This document shows positions 57,911 to 64,000 of a DNA stretch of 64,000 nucleotides, in pieces; the first letter of the stretch is position 1, and the number at the start of each line of letters is the position of its first letter. This DNA comes from an uncultured virus (IMG/VR IMGVR_UViG_3300043781_000019). Lineage: Duplodnaviria > Heunggongvirae > Uroviricota > Caudoviricetes > Herelleviridae. Position numbers and translations under genes: made by a program. The notes under the pieces were generated by a model. That model did no database searches, was not told the DNA's origin, and saw nothing but the letters and a program-made list of their open reading frames with translations. The stretch is taken from the IMG/VR virus record IMGVR_UViG_3300043781_000019. One strand, written 5' to 3'.

Positions 57911-58453
57911 TTAAGCTTCTAAAGGAGCCAATGTGTATAATGCCCCAAGTTTTACCGAAGTTTCATCATCTAATGTGTTAACCGCCTTATTTGCATATGA
58001 AATAAGTATCCCTGTATTTGCTACATCAGTTGGTAAAATAACTGGTTTCGTTACCCCTTGCTTTGGTACAAGACCTACATTTACCCCTGTTGTTCGGTAA
58101 GAAACATTATCTGATCCTATATCTGATTTTGCAACTGTTGTCTCAAAGTATACATAAGTTGCTCCCTGTGAATAGGCATCTGCTTGCGCTACCCTAACAT
58201 AGGTGGCTTCTCCCCACACAATTGCATCGCTAGGCGCCGTTTCACCTTGCTGTAGTGGGCGGCATAATGTAGCTACCTTAACTTGAGCATAGGCAATCGG
58301 GTTAGCAATAGTGGATGCTGTAGGGTCTTCTGCTGGTGGGGTGTCATTACTATTCCACGTGGCTGCTTGCCCAATAGAAAAGTAAACTGAAGAATACTTT
58401 TGAACAAGGTCTAAAGCGAGTAGTGTTCTAGCTTTATTTGTTGTAATTGTCAT
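57911..58453 (-). CDS. baseplate protein
   Basis: IG..TW...TPPAE..AY..GATYVY; synteny. Confidence 0.8.
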   Translation of the reverse strand: MTITTNKARTLLALDLVQKYSSVYFSIGQAATWNSNDTPPAEDPTASTIANPIAYAQVKVATLCRPLQQGETAPSDAIVWGEATYVRVAQADAYSQGATYVYFETTVAKSDIGSDNVSYRTTGVNVGLVPKQGVTKPVILPTDVANTGILISYANKAVNTLDDETSVKLGALYTLAPLEA

Positions 58454-58454
58454 T

Positions 58455-60503
58455 TTAAGCCTTCTTTATATTTGTTTCTAACTGATCTGATTTTAAGTTA
58501 CTACCCATACCTGGAAATGCTAGTCTTATGTAAATGCCAGCACCTGCATAAGAAATCCTACAAGTATCAGTGCTCGTTACTACTAGAGGAACTGTTATGT
58601 CTGACCCAGTATAGCTAATTTTGCTCTTATCAATATCTATTATACCATCTTTATTAGGGGCGACCCCATTTATTAGCACAGCTTTGTCAGATACTACTTT
58701 TTCTTGTATAGTTATATTGCTATCTTTTAGCATTGATACAACTTTTTCATAGCTAGTACTTCCACTATAAATATTTACTATTGAACTGTAATTATTAACT
58801 AATTGATTATACAAGGATAAGGTGCCATCTACCATGTTCTCATAATATTCAGGATCAGCTGGGTTAGGTGACCATGCAGTAGGAACATTACCCACTTCCA
58901 TCTTTGCTTCTTTGTATCCATATGATCCGGATGCGGAAGCACCATGGTTAAATGTGTAAACCGTGTGGCACTTGATATTTGCATATGTGCTGTCTGTTGT
59001 CACTTTGACAATGCTATATCCACTAGTACCAGCCGATATAGTATTGCCTCGTGCCCATACAATTTGACTGCCACTAGAATCTGAACAGTCCAATTTTGCA
59101 CACGCATCAAAAGTGGGATTGTCAATCCAAACTCTGAAGCAATAGTTTGTACCAGCCTGAGGGACTACATTTCCAAAAATATGTTCATTCCAGCCGCTTA
59201 AGCTTGTAGATGCTAGCTGATTACTGGTTCCTGTTAACAAATTCACTGGAACGTCCTTGTATTTGGTTGCAGGCAGCGTTAGATATGCACTATTATTAGT
59301 TGATAGAACTGCTCGTTGCTCAGGTGTTGACCCATATTCAGGATCCGCTGGGTTAGGCGACCAAGAAGAAGCTGTGGTGCCAATCGCTACTTTGGCCTGA
59401 CTCCAAGTGTATTCATCTGTTAGCACTGCTGGCTTAACTGAAAAATTAATTGGCAAGGGCAACTCGGACAATTCTTTTGTCCAGGTGATTGTGAAAGTCT
59501 CCATTCCATTTGAAAATAAGGGAGATACCTGTTTGGTATTAAGACCAACAAAAACATTAGTATTCTTAACCCCATTGACTTTTACTTGAAAAGAAACAGT
59601 ATCGCCTATTTTTAGGCTGCTTGTGTCTAACAATAAATACGGATTGTCTCCCCACGTCTGGGCAGGAACTGTTTGCGGTTCGCCACTACCCTTCAGTAAA
59701 TTAACTGGCACGGCCTTATATGGGCTGTTACTTAAATCCAGTGAGTTCCAATAAGTTACGTTGTGTGTAGGAGACCCCGCTAATACATCCGCGCCATTTA
59801 ATTCACTATTATTAGTTTTAAAATAATCGGTATTTGGAACCAATGTATCTTCTCTGTCTGCAAAGGTAAAAGGTAAAATTCTAGCATAGTTAAAGCCAAA
59901 CATGCGATTAATAGTATCTAAGCGCGTTACTTTAAAGTCTGCCAAGATAAGCCTTTTTACATCTTCACCTAAGTTACCATCAACTGTCACATAAAACTTA
60001 ACTCCAGCAGGTTTAAATGCTTCTATTGCGTCATGTATTGCTTGACTCATAGGCCTATCAATATGAACATCAATAATAGCATACCTGTAATAGTATCCTG
60101 GTAAATGATCCTCACCATTAAGATTACTTTTGTTTAAGTAAAAGATATTTTTCCATGGCTCATAAATACTTATCTGTGCTTTAGTATCATTTAAGTAGTA
60201 CTGAATGCCTTCTATAATTCCCTGAACTGTTGACCTTGGTATTAACAGGTAATATTTAATTCTTTCTCTATAGTCATTATCGTCTTCATTGGGGTAGCGG
60301 CTAACACCAAACCACTTACCATACTCGTCTAAGTAATCTCCCGTTGCTGTTTCAAATATTAGCTGAATCTTTTTGCTTAAAGTATCTCTTTCTGCATCGC
60401 TTAACGAATCAGCAAGGGATTTCAACACTGCATAATTAGCAGTACTATACCGCGAGTCATTATCAGTCTTTAGTAACGGATGCAGATATTTCCAAAAGTC
60501 CAA
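58455..60503 (-). CDS. baseplate wedge protein (P2 gpI-like N-terminus) with two inserted carbohydrate-binding-type modules
   Basis: LHPLL, ATGDYLDEYGKWFGV.R..EDD.DYRERI, YEPW, FKPAGV; two VPVNLL..WSPNPADPEY modules. Confidence 0.85.
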   Translation of the reverse strand: MDFWKYLHPLLKTDNDSRYSTANYAVLKSLADSLSDAERDTLSKKIQLIFETATGDYLDEYGKWFGVSRYPNEDDNDYRERIKYYLLIPRSTVQGIIEGIQYYLNDTKAQISIYEPWKNIFYLNKSNLNGEDHLPGYYYRYAIIDVHIDRPMSQAIHDAIEAFKPAGVKFYVTVDGNLGEDVKRLILADFKVTRLDTINRMFGFNYARILPFTFADREDTLVPNTDYFKTNNSELNGADVLAGSPTHNVTYWNSLDLSNSPYKAVPVNLLKGSGEPQTVPAQTWGDNPYLLLDTSSLKIGDTVSFQVKVNGVKNTNVFVGLNTKQVSPLFSNGMETFTITWTKELSELPLPINFSVKPAVLTDEYTWSQAKVAIGTTASSWSPNPADPEYGSTPEQRAVLSTNNSAYLTLPATKYKDVPVNLLTGTSNQLASTSLSGWNEHIFGNVVPQAGTNYCFRVWIDNPTFDACAKLDCSDSSGSQIVWARGNTISAGTSGYSIVKVTTDSTYANIKCHTVYTFNHGASASGSYGYKEAKMEVGNVPTAWSPNPADPEYYENMVDGTLSLYNQLVNNYSSIVNIYSGSTSYEKVVSMLKDSNITIQEKVVSDKAVLINGVAPNKDGIIDIDKSKISYTGSDITVPLVVTSTDTCRISYAGAGIYIRLAFPGMGSNLKSDQLETNIKKA
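58845..59363. repeat. 30-bp direct repeat at the module ends (58845-58874 and 59334-59363)
   Basis: ATATTCAGGATC(A/C)GCTGGGTTAGG(T/C)GACCA, 2 mismatches. Confidence 0.9.
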
Positions 60504-61559
60504 TTATCCCACCTCGTTACTAATAATAATTGAAGCTGTACCTGCCCTAATGATTTCATTAGGGGCAACTTCCACGTTACCACTAGGATTTGTAACACTA
60601 ACATCATAAATAAGTGGTGAAAATGCTCTTATGCGAGACTCAAGAGCCGAAATAATAAGATCATCTCCTGCTGAAAAGTTATCTAAGTATGCACCAATGT
60701 AGTTAGACAAACTATCTGTAAAATCGGATGGCACCATTCTGTAATTAGTTACTGTAACTGATACTTCAACATCCAGCAGCTTTTTAGAAACTGGCTGAAC
60801 ATCCCATGGAATAGAAACAGGTCTATAATCTTCCTCAGCTGTAGCTATCTCGTTAATAAGTGCATCTGACAGGTCGCCATTGGCATCATGCGCATAAACT
60901 GTAACATGACCGACAGTCTCATCTATGTAAACACCAGTGACTTCTGGAATAGTTCTCGCAGCATAGTCCATTGCTTTTACTGTCCCCCTGCCCCTAGTAT
61001 CAACAAACTCATTAAAACGTAATCTTTCCTCATCTACTGATTCTTCATCAGTCCCTGTAAGAATGGCATCTGTATTAGTTACCTTATAGATGCCTGTTTG
61101 CATACCTGAGCAAGAATCCAAAACCGCAGCAGGAATGTTTCCAGCTGACCCAACTTGTGTACAATAGGCAGTTACAGTTGCCTTAATTGCTCCTGCTCTA
61201 ACTAAATATGGCTCTTGCAACACATATGTCTGTGAGTACAGATCATTACTAGAATAAAAAGTTGTCCCTCGTGGTATAGTCGTATCCTGTGATAAGGGAC
61301 CATAAAATGTAATATCAATATCACCATAAGCTGGCGTGGCTTCCCTTGGAGAAAAACCAAAGGAGCTTAATACACCATTTTGTATCCCCCACGAAATATT
61401 TTCCTCTTGTAAATAATAGTATTCCTCAAGTTGCATTGCAACAGCTTCATAGATTGACCTAATAACCGAGCCTGGGGTGAAGTCATTAATCAATGTTGTC
61501 CTTGCTGTTGTGTTGTCAATCAAACTTGCTAAAATATCTGATAATCTTTTAATTTGCAT
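60504..61559 (-). CDS. baseplate J-like protein
   Basis: DFTPGSVIRSIYEA, GNIPA, GTDEES, V.VYAHDANGDL. Confidence 0.9.
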   Translation of the reverse strand: MQIKRLSDILASLIDNTTARTTLINDFTPGSVIRSIYEAVAMQLEEYYYLQEENISWGIQNGVLSSFGFSPREATPAYGDIDITFYGPLSQDTTIPRGTTFYSSNDLYSQTYVLQEPYLVRAGAIKATVTAYCTQVGSAGNIPAAVLDSCSGMQTGIYKVTNTDAILTGTDEESVDEERLRFNEFVDTRGRGTVKAMDYAARTIPEVTGVYIDETVGHVTVYAHDANGDLSDALINEIATAEEDYRPVSIPWDVQPVSKKLLDVEVSVTVTNYRMVPSDFTDSLSNYIGAYLDNFSAGDDLIISALESRIRAFSPLIYDVSVTNPSGNVEVAPNEIIRAGTASIIISNEVG

Positions 61560-61570
61560 TGTTTCAACCC

Positions 61571-62275
61571 TTACTGAATGATGAATTTACCTGTGTCGTC
61601 TCTGCCAATAACAAAATCAAGTTGTGCAACTACGGATTCAATTGTAATTGACCAAGAGCTTGAATAGGTTGACCCGTTTAAGGTGCTGGACTGTTTTTCC
61701 GCTTTAGTAATCCTACTGTCACTTAAAATTGCTTTTGATATTTCGTCATCAACTAGCTTAGAATTAGGTATTGTTCCTTGCACAAACAATTCATTAAGAT
61801 TAGAGCCATACTCTGGATGCAAAATTAAAGAACCCTTTGCAGTTAATAAGTGCGCAATAACTATCTGCTTAATATTATTAACACCATACACAGTTGATAA
61901 GTCGCCTTTACCATTACTACCAAGTTGCATGATATTCTCCTGTGTTCCCCTATTTTGGTATACTGGCGGGAAATCAATCATAGATAAATCCTGGCCTAAA
62001 GCTAGTCTTCCTAAAGCATCTCTATCCTGCTGATTGAGCTTCTGTGCTAAGTCTTCTGTCAGCTCTACCTCTACTGGAATAACTAAGGTATCACCAGCAG
62101 TTACAAGATGCTCCATGTTGTTCATTTTTTGATCTACTGTGTCTACAATATATGGGTAGGACAAGCCATTATACTTAGCAATATCTGTCCAAGATGTTGC
62201 ATCGCCCATTTCCTTAGCTGCAATAGACTGCAAGGTTTCTCCATACCTTACTGTATGTCTTATATATCTTGCCAT
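61571..62275 (-). CDS. baseplate wedge protein (LysM + gp25-like)
   Basis: HTVRYGETLQSIA, LLT.KGSL.LHPEYGS. Confidence 0.88.
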   Translation of the reverse strand: MARYIRHTVRYGETLQSIAAKEMGDATSWTDIAKYNGLSYPYIVDTVDQKMNNMEHLVTAGDTLVIPVEVELTEDLAQKLNQQDRDALGRLALGQDLSMIDFPPVYQNRGTQENIMQLGSNGKGDLSTVYGVNNIKQIVIAHLLTAKGSLILHPEYGSNLNELFVQGTIPNSKLVDDEISKAILSDSRITKAEKQSSTLNGSTYSSSWSITIESVVAQLDFVIGRDDTGKFIIQ

Positions 62276-62800
62276 CTAGACACCTGCCATCTTATGCAAA
62301 CTATCTATGTTGTTCTTAATAACCCCTAATGATACTACCATATCAGAAAACTTCTTTGCTATGTCTAAGTACCTGTCATCACCAGAAAAATAATCGCATA
62401 AATAAACGCAATTATCAATTGTTTTATTAATGTCATTCTCAGTCAAGCTTGCAAGAAGTGTGTTGTCATCCTCATAAGCATATGCATATGAATACATGTC
62501 CATAATTGCTACTTGGCATAGCCTAAATATATCAGGTGTCTCTACATCAATAGCAGAGTGTTGCAGTAGATAAAGCAAAGTTCCACTTGCTGCTCCATTG
62601 CTGTATCCCATGCTTAAGCTTTCCCTAATAGTAGATTTGGCTTTAAGTGCTACCTGAGAGACTTTTAAGTTTGGCGTAAAGTACTTTGATATGTAACTAA
62701 TTGAACTGTCTAACTGATTCTCAATAACTGTACCATCCGCGGATAAAGAAAGACCCTTTAAAAATCTGTATAAATCTGCTGTAAGTCTCATACTATCCAC
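62276..62800 (-). CDS. structural/baseplate-region protein
   Basis: Synteny. Confidence 0.7.
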   Translation of the reverse strand: MDSMRLTADLYRFLKGLSLSADGTVIENQLDSSISYISKYFTPNLKVSQVALKAKSTIRESLSMGYSNGAASGTLLYLLQHSAIDVETPDIFRLCQVAIMDMYSYAYAYEDDNTLLASLTENDINKTIDNCVYLCDYFSGDDRYLDIAKKFSDMVVSLGVIKNNIDSLHKMAGV

Positions 62801-63410
62801 CTATCTGTGCTTCTATGTTACTAACAGCGTTACTTACGTCCGCTGATTGCGTACTTGAGTTTGTAACCAAATGCCCTTTAGGGTTCTGTGTACTTTGTCC
62901 TGAACCTGAACCAACTAATGCATTAATAACAGAACTTCTGTCTGGCTGGTCAGATCCTCTTAAAACAGCCATGCTAATACTATAATTAAACAAAACAGCA
63001 GTATCAACACTTCTAGAATATTCAAATCCGCCTGTTGGTATCGTCACCACATAACTCTGGTCATCAGTATAGTTATAAAAAACCAAATCTTTATCTGGTG
63101 CAAGTCCGTCAATTGTCGCTGACTGGTAGCTAAGTATAAGGGACTTTAAATCTTCCAGACGTTGCTTACCATTTTTACCATTGGCATCAATTTTATAGCC
63201 AGTGTGCCCAGATATAGAAATTATTGGAAAATCGGGGCCATACTGTTCAATGACATTGTCTCCTTGTGTTTTAATGGTTGTAGCTCTCTGCGGTTCTTGA
63301 AATTGATAATTTTGAGGGTTTGGCCATAAATTGACTGTTGTGCCATTATATGAAAAGGCCATTCTCTTTAACTCATTATGCCCATCTTCTTGTGGCATTA
63401 TTTTCACCAA
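62793..63410 (-). CDS. baseplate hub/tail-tube initiator-like protein
   Basis: NPQNY...EPQRAT..KT..I.ISG.TG..FYNYTD. Confidence 0.75.
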   Translation of the reverse strand: MVKIMPQEDGHNELKRMAFSYNGTTVNLWPNPQNYQFQEPQRATTIKTQGDNVIEQYGPDFPIISISGHTGYKIDANGKNGKQRLEDLKSLILSYQSATIDGLAPDKDLVFYNYTDDQSYVVTIPTGGFEYSRSVDTAVLFNYSISMAVLRGSDQPDRSSVINALVGSGSGQSTQNPKGHLVTNSSTQSADVSNAVSNIEAQIGG

Positions 63411-63459
63411 CTTTTAACTCTTTAGTTCTAATATAGATTCCTTACTCATTATACCACAT

Positions 63460-63486
63460 AAAAAGGCCTCTATAAAAGAGACCTTA
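63460..63486 (-). terminator. intrinsic terminator after the lysin gene
   Basis: AAGGTCTC/GAGGCCTT stem followed by a T-run. Confidence 0.65.
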
Positions 63487-63491
63487 ATTTA

Positions 63492-64000
63492 TTATCTAAT
63501 ATACAAACTTTGCCCTGGAATGATAATGCTGTTAATTGACTTGCCATTGTTTGCCGCAAGGGTATACATGCTAATGCCATACTTTCTAGCAATACTCCAG
63601 AAGCTATCCCCTGATCGTACTGTATAGTAAACATGACTTGGAGTGCTTACTGCCGAACCATGAATTTTAAGGACATCACCTGGATGTAGCATTGAGTAAA
63701 TAGTCTTACCATTGTTTGCCGCCAGCGTATACATACTCATACCATTGCTGTTTGCAATGCTCCACCAGCTGTCTCCAGACTTAACAGTATAACTACCATA
63801 GGAAGCAATACTAGAGCTATTCTGGTTACTACCATTAACTGTCAATATGTCTCCTGGGTGCAATACAGAGTAAATTGATTTGCCATTGTTAGAGGCCAAA
63901 GTATACATGCTCATGCCATACTTGTAAGCAATAGCCCACCAACTATCACCTGATTGCACTACATATGTACCTGAGTTTACCCTAGGAACACTAGTAGTTG
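63492..64000 (-). CDS. cell-wall hydrolase/endolysin C-terminus with three LysM domains (5'-partial)
   Basis: Three Y.V.SGDS.W.IA...G.SMYTLA.NNGK.I repeats; frame open to the window edge. Confidence 0.88.
   Translation of the reverse strand, partial: TTSVPRVNSGTYVVQSGDSWWAIAYKYGMSMYTLASNNGKSIYSVLHPGDILTVNGSNQNSSSIASYGSYTVKSGDSWWSIANSNGMSMYTLAANNGKTIYSMLHPGDVLKIHGSAVSTPSHVYYTVRSGDSFWSIARKYGISMYTLAANNGKSINSIIIPGQSLYIR

Noticed and set aside
36273..59720. Shufflon or diversity-generating retroelement for the binding modules
   Set aside because: Repeats are direct, not inverted; no invertase or reverse transcriptase in the window; modules differ far beyond adenine-specific changes.
33399..62329. 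Plus-strand and alternative-frame ORFs overlapping core genes (e.g. 33399, 35599, 46487, 61683)
   Set aside because: Antisense shadows of well-supported genes with no recognisable motifs.
1..64000. tRNA/rRNA genes, integrase, transposase
   Set aside because: No cloverleaf or T-loop pattern found in the intergenic gaps by eye and no matching protein motifs; tRNAscan-SE should confirm.

Overview
64 kb of a large lytic SPO1-like myovirus (Herelleviridae-type gene content and order). The host is most plausibly a lactobacillus; this is an inference from prophage-like genes and the LysM lysin, not a database result. From left to right: (i) 1-4.7 kb, plus-strand genes including a C5 DNA methyltransferase with a nested alternative-frame ORF; (ii) about 4.7-18.5 kb, a host-takeover / probable terminal-repeat region with dozens of small minus-strand genes, most behind their own sigma-A promoter+RBS cassette, separated by structured non-coding repeat blocks; (iii) 18.5-33 kb, accessory genes (processive GT2 synthase, nucleotidyltransferase, DUF3310, lipoprotein, temperate-phage-like block); (iv) 33-54 kb, the replication core (sigma factor, RecA, SSB, UvsY-like, Pol A, HU, resolvase, primase, SbcCD, two helicases); (v) 54-64 kb, baseplate/adsorption genes and the LysM tail of a lysin. 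Most striking observations: a tail-type carbohydrate-binding module inserted between ssb and recA inside an 88-bp direct repeat of the ssb-stop/recA-start junction, homologous to two tandem modules in a baseplate protein; a dual-coded MTase; and a bipartite repeat architecture (GCTACA array, then TATCCT array about 455 bp away) present twice about 11.3 kb apart. No tRNA, CRISPR array, intron or integrase was seen. All product calls are by-eye motif recognition.
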